Shown: positions 32,079 through 41,438 of the stretch, piece by piece | How the letters are laid out: the number at the start of each line of letters is the position of its first letter | Numbering within the stretch: the first letter of the stretch is position 1 | Assembly (NCBI GenBank): GCA_910579455.1 | Contig: CAJTUT010000003.1 | Location: 11,358 to 75,357, forward strand | Reading direction: 5' to 3' | Length of the DNA: 64,000 bases | From: an uncultured Bacilli bacterium | Lineage (GTDB): Bacteria > Bacillota_I > Bacilli_A > RF39 > UBA660 | Program-made: the position numbers and the translations under genes | The notes under the pieces: generated by a model | What the model saw: the letters and a program-made list of their open reading frames with translations, nothing else | Told to the model about the DNA's origin: nothing | Database searches by the model: none

Positions 32079-32597
32079 ATGAACCTAAAAAGAGCAATAA
32101 AAAATACAATCATTATATTTTTATTATGTAGTTTACTTCATTTTGGCTATGATATCTTTCCTAACTTTATTACTAGTATCTTTTGTCCAGTAAATGAAAG
32201 TATATGGGAACATCTCAAAATGATTTTTAGTGCTTCTTTAATTTTTAGTATCTTAGAAAAATTAATAAATAATGAATCTTGCTTTTTCATCAAGGGATAT
32301 CTGCGTGGAATGTTCACAATAATAATTCTATTAATCTTTTACTTACCGATTTATTATTCGTTAGGTGAAATTTTAATACTCACTATGCTCATCTTACTTA
32401 TTTCTATTCTCATATCAGAAATCATAGTTCAAAAATTATCATTGGAAAAAAACTATAAAACTTTGGATATTATTGGAATCATCCTAATCCTTTTAAATTT
32501 TATTCTATTTACCTACTTATCCTATAATCCATTAAAGATAGACTTATTCTATGATCATAGGAGTAAAAAATATGGAATCGATACCCTAAATCAATGA
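32079..32597 (+). CDS. integral membrane protein of unknown function
   Basis: 172 aa with about five hydrophobic helices. Confidence 0.3.
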   Translation: MNLKRAIKNTIIIFLLCSLLHFGYDIFPNFITSIFCPVNESIWEHLKMIFSASLIFSILEKLINNESCFFIKGYLRGMFTIIILLIFYLPIYYSLGEILILTMLILLISILISEIIVQKLSLEKNYKTLDIIGIILILLNFILFTYLSYNPLKIDLFYDHRSKKYGIDTLNQ

Positions 32598-33596
32598 TTT
32601 TCTTATAAAGACCTTAATATTCTTATCTAAATAAATATCCACTTTCCCTTTATTAACAATTTTAATAAAACCCAATCCCTGAACGACTAAATCATTATCA
32701 TATTTGATATCATAAGTAGATTTTTGTAAATGCTTTAAGTCTATCCTACTGGAGTTGATTCTTTTTACTTTTAAATCATTAGAAAGGAATAAAGTAAAAC
32801 TATTCTTTTCTCCTTCGACATAGTCTAATCTCACAATATCCTCAATTAATAAGCTTTGATTTTTTCTTAATTGATACGTTCTAGGTTTAATTTCCTTTTT
32901 GGGGTTTATCTTTTTTAACATTATTTGATCTACATAATTGATAAGAGATCTCATATCTACAAGACCTGGAGTATCAATCAATGTTAAATATTCATTAATT
33001 TGGATAGTTACAGTATTTAAAGTAGTAGAAGGAAGTGGTGACATTGTTAATTCTGGTGCATCTTGATTGGAATAGTTTTTAATTAATTTATTAATTAAAG
33101 TAGATTTTCCTGCATTGGTATGTCCTACTACATATACCTTTTTAGTAGTTTGAAAATACTTAATTCTTTTTAATAAATAATCCATATTCAAATTTTTCTC
33201 AACACTGATAACAATAATTTCTTCAAAATAAACATGATTTTCTTCAAAATACTTAATTAATTTAGCTTCTTTAACACTTTTTGGTAAAATATCCTTTTTA
33301 TTTAATACCAAAATCATTTTATTATTAATATATTCTCTAATTTTTAAAATATCTTCTTCTAAATTTAATAAGTCTGTAACATACAACACCAAATCCTTTG
33401 TTTTTCCAACCTCTTTTAAAATTTTAAAATACTCATCATTCGACTTGGTGATTACCTGATATTCACCATAGTTTTTCATTTTAAAACATCGTTGACAAAT
33501 AGAATTTTCTAAATTTGTAGTATATCCTTCTTGTAAAATGTTTTCATCTTGTAATAAAACACCGCATCCACTACACCTTTTTTCTTCGTTATTCAT
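32586..33596 (-). CDS. yqeH: ribosome biogenesis GTPase YqeH (circularly permuted GTPase)
   Basis: N-terminal zinc ribbon CSGCG...CQRCF and VVGHTNAGKSTLIN G1 motif. It is downstream of yqeG. I chose the start MNNEEKRCSGCG. Confidence 0.8.
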   Translation of the reverse strand: MNNEEKRCSGCGVLLQDENILQEGYTTNLENSICQRCFKMKNYGEYQVITKSNDEYFKILKEVGKTKDLVLYVTDLLNLEEDILKIREYINNKMILVLNKKDILPKSVKEAKLIKYFEENHVYFEEIIVISVEKNLNMDYLLKRIKYFQTTKKVYVVGHTNAGKSTLINKLIKNYSNQDAPELTMSPLPSTTLNTVTIQINEYLTLIDTPGLVDMRSLINYVDQIMLKKINPKKEIKPRTYQLRKNQSLLIEDIVRLDYVEGEKNSFTLFLSNDLKVKRINSSRIDLKHLQKSTYDIKYDNDLVVQGLGFIKIVNKGKVDIYLDKNIKVFIRKSLI

Positions 33597-34116
33597 AATA
33601 ATTACCTCTTTTAAAAATTCCTCTCTTAGAGTATCTATTAATAATCCAAGACTCAATTTTTCTATTAATATTCGTTATTCTCATATCCTTTTGTCCTAAT
33701 GGATCAACTAGGATTGTTTTAATATTAAAATTTCTTCCTGATATAATATCTGTTACAATTTGATCCCCAATCATCACCATCTCTTTTTTTAATAAATGAT
33801 ATTTTTTTCTTATTCTCCTTAGTCCTCTTGTAAGCGGCTTCATTGCAAAACTTACAGCATCAACCCCCAAACTTCTTTTATAAGGTTCTATTCTCCTACT
33901 ACAGTTGTTTGAAATAATAAAAATAATAAAATCCTTCTGAAGATTTCGAATGAGTTCTTTAGTTCTTTGTGGACATTCTTTTTCGTCTATTAAAGCTAGA
34001 GTATTATCTAAGTCAAAAACAAGACACTTAATACCATCCTTTTTTAACTTTTTATAATTAATACTAAATATATCCTTTTTATACATAGTTGGTTTATACC
34101 TTTTCATTTTTACCAC
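33589..34116 (-). CDS. yqeG: YqeG-family HAD phosphatase
   Basis: LVFDLDNTLA HAD motif I and MIGDQIVTDI motif. Length 175 aa. Confidence 0.7.
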   Translation of the reverse strand: MVKMKRYKPTMYKKDIFSINYKKLKKDGIKCLVFDLDNTLALIDEKECPQRTKELIRNLQKDFIIFIISNNCSRRIEPYKRSLGVDAVSFAMKPLTRGLRRIRKKYHLLKKEMVMIGDQIVTDIISGRNFNIKTILVDPLGQKDMRITNINRKIESWIINRYSKRGIFKRGNYYE

Positions 34117-34150
34117 CTATTCTAATTATAACCCATTTATTACAAATTTA

Positions 34151-35545
34151 CTAGTTATTTACCTTCTGCATAAACATTTCAGTATCCTTAGTAATAGCTT
34201 CAAAACGATATCCATTTTGTTTCCCATACTCAATAATACCCTTTAATGCATCTCTAGTATATGGTTTAATATCATGCATTAAAATAATATTTACCTTATC
34301 ATGAGAAAGACTAGAATTTACCCAAGATACAATCTCATTACTAGTAGTTAGCCCATCGGTATCCCTACTATTAATATTCCAGTCATAATATCTAAAATCA
34401 CGCTTTAATACTTCTTTTGTTAAATCACTCATAATCCCTGGACGATATTTTTTACTAATTGTATTACTGGAGCCTCCTGGAAATCGAATCACTTTAGAAT
34501 CATATCCAGTAATACGAAGGACTCTATCATGAACGGAATATAAATCATTGAAATAATTTTCTTTACTAGAATAAACTAAGGAATAATCATGACTTGCTGT
34601 GTGAAGTCCTACGGTATGTCCCTCTTGATATTCTCTCTTAATCAATTCATCTGGTCCATTATTCGTAACAAAGAAAGTAGCTGGAACATTTTCCTCTTTT
34701 AAAATATCCAATATAACATTCGTAGTTCCCATTCTAGGACCATCATCAAATGTTAAATAAACAGAACCATTTTGTCCTCTCTTTACCACCTGCACTTTTC
34801 TTTTTTTCTGTGAACTATTCCCTGAGGCATCTTTGACTTTATATGTTAACTCATAAATTCCTGCTTTTTTAGTATTAACTTTTCCTTCTACTTGAACTTT
34901 CTTTTCAATATTTTGATCACAATTATCAAAAACCTGATAACCAGGATCTTTAAACTCCTCATTTAAAAAGGTAAAAATCATATCTCCTGAATTCAATTCC
35001 AAACTAGGCTTTTCTAGGTCCTGTTGAATAATTTTTTGATTTTTAATTGCATAATTTCCAGAAGAATCTACTACTGCATATTGAATAATATCATTCTTTC
35101 TAGTAATTTTAACTCGATCTGTAATATCCTGATCATAATTATCATAAGCCTTATATTTCATAAAATTATACTCTGTATTAGGACAAATATACACCTTATC
35201 ATGATCATTCTTCAAAATAAGAACGGGGTTGGTTAAGTCTCTCACCTTTACAATTCTTACAGCCTTCCTTTTAAATACTCCCTGTTTTATAAAGTATTCC
35301 ATCTTATAAATACCTAATTTTTTAGAATCAACCTCTCCTTTTACTTGAACTTTCTGAGTTACATCTTGATTATGAAACATCGCATAGTATCCTGACTCCT
35401 TATAGTCCTCATTATAGTTTAGCATCATATTTTTATCCCCTTTTAAAGTAATCGTTGGCATAAAAAAATAATAGTGAATACCATAAATTGCTACAACTAA
35501 AAAAATAACAAACACTGCGATCATTGCTTTTATTTTTACTCTCAT
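34151..35545 (-). CDS. membrane-anchored polysaccharide deacetylase (NodB domain) with two Ig-like repeats
   Basis: LTFDDGPRMGTTNVILDILKEENVPATFFV NodB motif, and two copies of VQVKGEVDSKKxGIYKxxY repeats. Confidence 0.75.
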   Translation of the reverse strand: MRVKIKAMIAVFVIFLVVAIYGIHYYFFMPTITLKGDKNMMLNYNEDYKESGYYAMFHNQDVTQKVQVKGEVDSKKLGIYKMEYFIKQGVFKRKAVRIVKVRDLTNPVLILKNDHDKVYICPNTEYNFMKYKAYDNYDQDITDRVKITRKNDIIQYAVVDSSGNYAIKNQKIIQQDLEKPSLELNSGDMIFTFLNEEFKDPGYQVFDNCDQNIEKKVQVEGKVNTKKAGIYELTYKVKDASGNSSQKKRKVQVVKRGQNGSVYLTFDDGPRMGTTNVILDILKEENVPATFFVTNNGPDELIKREYQEGHTVGLHTASHDYSLVYSSKENYFNDLYSVHDRVLRITGYDSKVIRFPGGSSNTISKKYRPGIMSDLTKEVLKRDFRYYDWNINSRDTDGLTTSNEIVSWVNSSLSHDKVNIILMHDIKPYTRDALKGIIEYGKQNGYRFEAITKDTEMFMQKVNN

Positions 35546-35598
35546 TTTTCAATCACTCACTTAACTATATTATACTGTTTTTTCATCTTTATGTCTAG

Positions 35599-36294
35599 CT
35601 ACTCATATTTATTATTTTTTATAAACTCACGTAATATCTTAGTAAGAGCCCTTTTTTCCATTCTAGATACATAACTTCTAGAGATATTCAACTCTTTTGC
35701 TATGACCTTTTGCGTCTTTTCCTCTGTATTATTTAGTCCATACCTCTTTATTAATATTTCTCTTTCTCTAGGAGTTAATACATCCATATATTGTTTTAAT
35801 AATTTGATATTATCCTTTAAGCTAATATCCTCAATAAAATCTGGCTTTGGTGCTTTTAAAACATCCATAATAGAAATTTCATTTCCATCTTTATCAAAAC
35901 CTATTGATTCATTAATAGAAATGTTTTTAGTAGTCTTGTTATTACTTCTAAAATGCATAAGAATTTCATTTTCAATACATCTAGCACAATAAGTAGTAAT
36001 TCTTACACCTTTATCATTAGAAAAGGTATCTACTCCTTTTATAAGACCTATTGTTCCTATACTAATCAAATCATCTTGATCTACATATTTACTATCAAAT
36101 TTTTTAACAATATGAGCAACTAACCTTAGATTATGTTCAATTAATTTGTTTCTAGATTCTTTATCCCCCATTCTAGCCCGTTTGATACACGAATCTTCTT
36201 CTTCCTTAGTTAAAGGATCCGGAAAAACCTGATTAGAATAGGAACCCGTTAAGAAGATACTTTTTAAAAACATAAATATTTCAAATAACATCAA
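35599..36294 (-). CDS. sigK: sporulation sigma factor SigK (pro-sigma-K), apparently uninterrupted
   Basis: LIEHNLRLVAHIVKKF, ISIGTIGLIKG, ARCIENEILMH, GNEISIMDVL and EKTQKVIAKELNISRSYVSRMEKRAL are almost identical to the Bacillus SigK blocks. There is an N-terminal pro-sequence MMLFEIFMFLKSIFLTGSYSNQVFPDPL. Confidence 0.8.
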   Translation of the reverse strand: MMLFEIFMFLKSIFLTGSYSNQVFPDPLTKEEEDSCIKRARMGDKESRNKLIEHNLRLVAHIVKKFDSKYVDQDDLISIGTIGLIKGVDTFSNDKGVRITTYCARCIENEILMHFRSNNKTTKNISINESIGFDKDGNEISIMDVLKAPKPDFIEDISLKDNIKLLKQYMDVLTPREREILIKRYGLNNTEEKTQKVIAKELNISRSYVSRMEKRALTKILREFIKNNKYE

Positions 36295-36859
36295 AAATCA
36301 CCTAATTAAATATATGCTTATTCTGACAAATTTAGACAACTCATCTATAATATCGCAAAAGGGGAGATCCTATAGATATCGAGTTATTTGATTTAACCAT
36401 TGAAATCAGAAAATGCGAGGATGCTATTTACAATGGAGATGATTTATACAACGAATAAGAGCTATTTAACCCATTTTTAATAAGTTTTCATATGCAGCAC
36501 AAACAATACTTAATCTTTCCTATATCATAAGTGACCTTGATACAATTTATAAAAATATAATCAAGTCTTATCAGATACATACGGAATTAAATATATACGG
36601 AAAAACCAGCTATGTATTAACTATAACCTATAAGGTTCTAAAAAGAAGCGGTTCGTTCATAGTAAATCTGCATTTGAAGATCTCATCAGTCAAAGATGGA
36701 AGAATTTCCAAAGAATACATTAACCAAATAATCTCCCCCATAATTTAATCAATGAAAATAGCTTTCAAGGGCTTTTAGATCAATCTAGAATAGATTATGG
36801 GTATACAAAAAGAAATCAACTTGATCTCTTTAACTTACAAATTTTTATGGATTACTCTT

Positions 36860-38275
36860 TTAGGATTGGTCATGAAAATATCTACTAATGACATCATAAT
36901 CACAATAATCAATCCTTTTATCCTCAATAGCCATATAGTTATCTCGCCCTTTTCCTAAGATTAAAACTAAATCATTTTCCTCTGCTATATCTAAAGCATA
37001 TCTAATAGCCTCTTCCCTATTAATAATTCTAATATAATTATTCTTTTTCTCATCACCTATCATTTGATCAATAATACTATCTACACTTTCATATCTAGGA
37101 TCATCCATCGTAAAAACAACAAAGTCCGCATGATTTAAAATATACTTTCCAATTTTCTCTCTTTTCTCCTTTTCTCTACCACCAGCAGCACCGGTTAATA
37201 AAATTGTTCTTTTATATTTTCCTTTAAAACTTTCTACAATATTTTTAATGCCATTTAAAGTATGGGCATAATCCAATATTAATTTATAATTTTGACCAAA
37301 ATCTAAGGATTCGGTTCTTCCCTTAATAGAAGGAAGGTTTTTTATTTTTTGAATCAAATAATCGGATTCTATTCCCTCTAAATAGCAGACAATAAAAGCA
37401 GCACACAAATTATAAACATTATATTCTCCTATATAAGGACTTGTTATATGAAATGTTTGATCCCGATATCGGATATCAAATATAGTAATTCCCATATTTT
37501 CCTCAATATTACAAATTTGAAAATCACTATCCTGATCCTTGCCATAAGTGTATAAATGATTAAAATTCTTATTCAGTAATAGTCTGCAATTGTCATCATC
37601 ACGATTTATAATGATAGCTCCATCTTCTTTCACCAAAGATGCTAAAGAGAGTTTAGATTCTATATAATTTTCTATAGTTTTATGAATATTCAAATGATCC
37701 TCTGTAATAGTTGTAAAAATGGCATATCGGAATTGAAAATCTACTACTCTTTTATGAAGAAGAGCTTCGCTTGATACTTCCATTACAACATCATCGTAAT
37801 TTTCATTTTGCAATATAGTTAAATATTTATAAAGTTTTTCATTCGTCGGAGTAGTATTTTCTGTTTTAATTATCTTATTCCCATACTCAATTCCATTGGT
37901 TCCCATATATGCTATATTTCTCGTTTCCTTAAGTAATTCCTTTAACATAATAGCAGTTGTAGTTTTTCCATCCGTTCCAGTAATACCAATGATTTTTTGG
38001 TTATTATGGTATTCATAAAAATTGATGCAAATCTGATTCAGGATTCCATTGACATCAGGAACCTTAATAATAGGAATATCACCTTTATAATCAACATCTG
38101 TTATCACAGCGGCTGCTCCATTATTAATAGCGTCCTCAATAAATTCACTATGAGAAACATTAAATCCGTTAACTGCAACAAACAAGTCACCCTTCTTTAT
38201 TTCTCTGGAATCTATTTTAATATCACAAATTGGGGTATCATAATCACATTCTATTAGATCACATAACCTTTTCAT
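36860..38275 (-). CDS. murE: Mur ligase family protein (MurE-like UDP-MurNAc-tripeptide synthetase)
   Basis: IGITGTDGKTTTA ATP-binding motif, plus the three-domain Mur ligase layout. Length 471 aa. Confidence 0.65.
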   Translation of the reverse strand: MKRLCDLIECDYDTPICDIKIDSREIKKGDLFVAVNGFNVSHSEFIEDAINNGAAAVITDVDYKGDIPIIKVPDVNGILNQICINFYEYHNNQKIIGITGTDGKTTTAIMLKELLKETRNIAYMGTNGIEYGNKIIKTENTTPTNEKLYKYLTILQNENYDDVVMEVSSEALLHKRVVDFQFRYAIFTTITEDHLNIHKTIENYIESKLSLASLVKEDGAIIINRDDDNCRLLLNKNFNHLYTYGKDQDSDFQICNIEENMGITIFDIRYRDQTFHITSPYIGEYNVYNLCAAFIVCYLEGIESDYLIQKIKNLPSIKGRTESLDFGQNYKLILDYAHTLNGIKNIVESFKGKYKRTILLTGAAGGREKEKREKIGKYILNHADFVVFTMDDPRYESVDSIIDQMIGDEKKNNYIRIINREEAIRYALDIAEENDLVLILGKGRDNYMAIEDKRIDYCDYDVISRYFHDQS

Positions 38276-38384
38276 ATTTTATCACCTACTACTATTAGTA
38301 TATAACAAAATAGATGTAAAGTTAAAGAATTTTTTATGAATATAATCTATATTTTGTGATATAATTTAGAACAGGTGATAATCA

Positions 38385-39290
38385 ATGAAAAGTATTATTA
38401 TTGGAGCAGAAACTGACTTAGGAGTTCATATCGATGGAGCTAAATTGGGACCAGTTTCATTAATAAAAGATTTAGGAAGTTTCTATCAGGGAGAAATTAT
38501 AGAATTTAAACAAGATGAAGCAATTATAAAAAGTAGAAATTTGTCCGATCGTGCCAAAAATAAATATGAAATAAATCAAATCAATGAGAAAATATATAAA
38601 AAAATATTAGAAAAAATGGGAGAAGGATTTTTTCCCATTACTATTGGTGGAGACAAGTCAATCATAATTCCAGCTGTTTTAGCAGACGCCATGACAAACG
38701 AAGAAATTGGACTCATTATTATTGGTGCTCATGCTGATTACAACACCTTTAAAACAACAGAAACAGGAAATATGAATGGTTTTTCAACATCTTGCATTAC
38801 TGGATTTGAATGTGAAGATTTAAGGCAATTTCATCGTGGAGAAATTGTACAAGCTTCTAAAACAGTATTAGTAGGCGTTAGAAATATGAACCAAAAAGAA
38901 CAAAATAATCTAAAGTACTCTGGAATTAGTGTATTTACAACCGAAGATTTAAAACAACAAGGTGCCAAAGAGGTTATAGAAAAGGCTTTTGAAATCGCCT
39001 CCTATAAAACAAAAAATATTCATATCTGTTACGATTTAAATATTCTAGATCCAACTATAGCTCCCGGTATTTCCGTTCCTGAGTTTAATGGAATTGATGA
39101 AGAACTCGCCATGAATATTAGTGATGAGATATTAAAATACTTTGATAAAATATCAGCCTATGACTTAGTTGAACTCAATCCTTTACGTGATCAAAATAGA
39201 AAGACTGAACAAATTGCATTAAACATCTTATTTAAAACTCTAAAAGAAGTAGAAAAATTACCCGATAAAAAAATAGAAGAACTATATTAA
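38385..39290 (+). CDS. arginase/agmatinase/formiminoglutamase-fold protein with degenerate metal-binding motifs
   Basis: GGDKS (canonical GGDHS), GAHADYN (canonical DAHxD) and CYDLNILDP (canonical SxDxDxxDP). The fold motifs are present but several Mn ligands are substituted. Confidence 0.5.
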   Translation: MKSIIIGAETDLGVHIDGAKLGPVSLIKDLGSFYQGEIIEFKQDEAIIKSRNLSDRAKNKYEINQINEKIYKKILEKMGEGFFPITIGGDKSIIIPAVLADAMTNEEIGLIIIGAHADYNTFKTTETGNMNGFSTSCITGFECEDLRQFHRGEIVQASKTVLVGVRNMNQKEQNNLKYSGISVFTTEDLKQQGAKEVIEKAFEIASYKTKNIHICYDLNILDPTIAPGISVPEFNGIDEELAMNISDEILKYFDKISAYDLVELNPLRDQNRKTEQIALNILFKTLKEVEKLPDKKIEELY

Positions 39291-39296
39291 AGTCTT

Positions 39297-39785
39297 CTAT
39301 TTTTTCTTATTGGATGAAGAAGTAATTATTTTTCTATATTCTACAATTCTATCTTGATAAAAATCGACTACTTCCCTAAAAGAATACCCTTTAGCTAAAA
39401 AATCAAGAGATACTGTACTTTGATTTTGGGTATTAGTAATTGTAATTCCATGAAAATTCCTAGCTGTTGGAGTTGGAAAAGATACATGTATATCTCTAAA
39501 GTCACTGACCCGTATGGTATCAGAATCTAAGTATTTATCTAAGACATCTTGTAAAATTTGATGATTTAAACAATCAGACTGTTGTAGAGTAATCCCACTA
39601 TTTAGATGATCTTCAATTCCATTGGGTCCATAAATTTCAAAAGAACACATATCCTCCTTTTCACTTTTGAACCAAGCAATCTGTATCATAGAATTAGCAT
39701 GATCTACTGATAGAAATTGATCAATTGCTTCCATTAAAAAATTTGATTTTATTGGAGCAATTTCCATAGCTTCCTTTTTTTTCAT
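39297..39785 (-). CDS. hypothetical protein
   Basis: 162-aa ORF, the last gene of the ileS-containing co-directional cluster. I recognise no motif. Confidence 0.3.
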   Translation of the reverse strand: MKKKEAMEIAPIKSNFLMEAIDQFLSVDHANSMIQIAWFKSEKEDMCSFEIYGPNGIEDHLNSGITLQQSDCLNHQILQDVLDKYLDSDTIRVSDFRDIHVSFPTPTARNFHGITITNTQNQSTVSLDFLAKGYSFREVVDFYQDRIVEYRKIITSSSNKKK

Positions 39786-39814
39786 TTTCTATAACTCCAT
39801 TTTTATTAAAAATT

Positions 39815-40906
39815 TTAATTTATATAACAAGCTGGCTTTATTATTTTTTGTAAAGATGAGCCCACTTGTTCAATAGATGTATTTTGCAGCTTTGTAGCAG
39901 CTGAGAATTGATTTCCTCCACCACCTAATTGTTGCATCACAGAACCAACATTTACTTTTTCTTTGGAACGTGCACTGACTGATATGGTTCCATCGCCAAT
40001 ATTTCCAACAACAAAGGAAGCATCTACATTGTATTTTAACAAATAATCTGCAGCCTTTGCCAACTCCTCTTTTGTATATTCATCTTCTTCACTTGCTAAT
40101 ATAGTAGCAACTGTATAAATATCTATTTGGGCTTTCCCAACTAAATCTTGTACTCTTCTATCGCTTTTAAAATCTTCTACAAATAAATCAGTCACCCGAT
40201 TCATATCTGCTCCATTTTCTAATAATTTTGTTACTGCTTTCATCGTATCCGCTGATACATTTTTCGTTAATTTATTGGTATCTAGGTAAATTCCTGCTAA
40301 AAGATATTGAGCAACTTCTTTTGTTATCTTAATCTTATATAGACATAAAAGTCTTACCATCATTTCTGAAGCACTAGAGACATTAGGTTCAATACACTTG
40401 CAATCTGATAGAACTGTTAAGGAATCTTCATTATGATGATCTAATATTGCTACTTTATCACTTCTTTTAATCTCTTCACTTAAACTAATTAAATTAGATT
40501 TATTAACATCTGTTAATATAAATAAGTCTTCTGAATCCTTTATTTGCAAATACTTTTCCTTATTCATAATATGATGCTGTTCTTTCACCTCATCAATAAT
40601 AGATTGCACCATATAATCTATTTTATATACTGGATCATCTATTATGATACAAGAATCCTTTTTAAACTTTTTAGAAAGCAAGGAAAAACCAATAGAGGAT
40701 GCTAGGGCATCATAATCAACACCATTATGTGGTACAATAACTATCTTCCCTGCATTTAAAATCATTTTTTCTAAATTTACCTTTAAATTTTTAATTTTAG
40801 CTAAACTATTCTGACCTTCCATTCCTTTTCCATCATCAATAGATTCTACCTGACTTTTAGACATATCATCCACCTCTTTTTTAGTATAACACTTTTTTAT
40901 CAACAA
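39815..40906 (-). CDS. DHH/DHHA1 phosphoesterase (NrnA-like nanoRNase / pAp phosphatase family)
   Basis: HNGVDYDALAS (DHH motif I), ILDHHNED (DHH motif) and C-terminal LGGGGNQFSAAT (GGGH-like DHHA1). Confidence 0.6.
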   Translation of the reverse strand: MLIKKCYTKKEVDDMSKSQVESIDDGKGMEGQNSLAKIKNLKVNLEKMILNAGKIVIVPHNGVDYDALASSIGFSLLSKKFKKDSCIIIDDPVYKIDYMVQSIIDEVKEQHHIMNKEKYLQIKDSEDLFILTDVNKSNLISLSEEIKRSDKVAILDHHNEDSLTVLSDCKCIEPNVSSASEMMVRLLCLYKIKITKEVAQYLLAGIYLDTNKLTKNVSADTMKAVTKLLENGADMNRVTDLFVEDFKSDRRVQDLVGKAQIDIYTVATILASEEDEYTKEELAKAADYLLKYNVDASFVVGNIGDGTISVSARSKEKVNVGSVMQQLGGGGNQFSAATKLQNTSIEQVGSSLQKIIKPACYIN

Positions 40907-40926
40907 AGATTCATCTTTGACTTTTT

Positions 40927-41424
40927 CTACTTTTTTAACTGATATCCTTTTTTTAACAAATAGTCTTCTAAGGTTTCCTCATTAGATAAAATAATCTTAT
41001 CTACCTTCATATTTTCAAAATCATGAATTCTTCTTTTGTACTGTTCTATTTTCTTTTTTATATAAATTTCACTATTTCCCCTATCTTTATATCTTTTTTT
41101 ATAAATTTCCAAAGAATTTCTATTGGGATAACATAAAACAAATGGAATATGATGTTTCTGGTATTCTTCTAAAATATCTTCTCTTTCCCATACCAAAACA
41201 AAATCATAGGTATTAAGAGCATCCAAAATAGCTTTGATATAATTATCTGGCCATTTTGGATTTTTCCTTCTTGGAAGACCCTTTCTTTCTTCTATGCTTA
41301 GATGCTCTAAATCAGAATCATCATAGGCATATTTTGAAGAATCTAAGTCAATGACATTTTTATATTTCTTACCAAGTGTAGTTTTTCCTATCCCTGCAAA
41401 TCCTGCGATTACTAATTTTTCCAT
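40927..41424 (-). CDS. small P-loop NTPase / nucleotide kinase-like protein
   Basis: IAGFAGIGKTTLGKKY Walker A at the N-terminus. Length 165 aa. It is co-directional with ileS, 14 nt downstream of it. Confidence 0.4.
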   Translation of the reverse strand: MEKLVIAGFAGIGKTTLGKKYKNVIDLDSSKYAYDDSDLEHLSIEERKGLPRRKNPKWPDNYIKAILDALNTYDFVLVWEREDILEEYQKHHIPFVLCYPNRNSLEIYKKRYKDRGNSEIYIKKKIEQYKRRIHDFENMKVDKIILSNEETLEDYLLKKGYQLKK

Positions 41425-41438
41425 AAAAAACCTGCTTT

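Noticed and set aside
35599-36294. Sigma factor as SigE rather than SigK
   Set aside because: The region 2 sequence LIEHNLRLVAHIVKKF matches SigK, where SigE reads ERNLRLVVYIARKF. The region 4 block EKTQKVIAKELNISRSYVSRMEKRAL also follows SigK.
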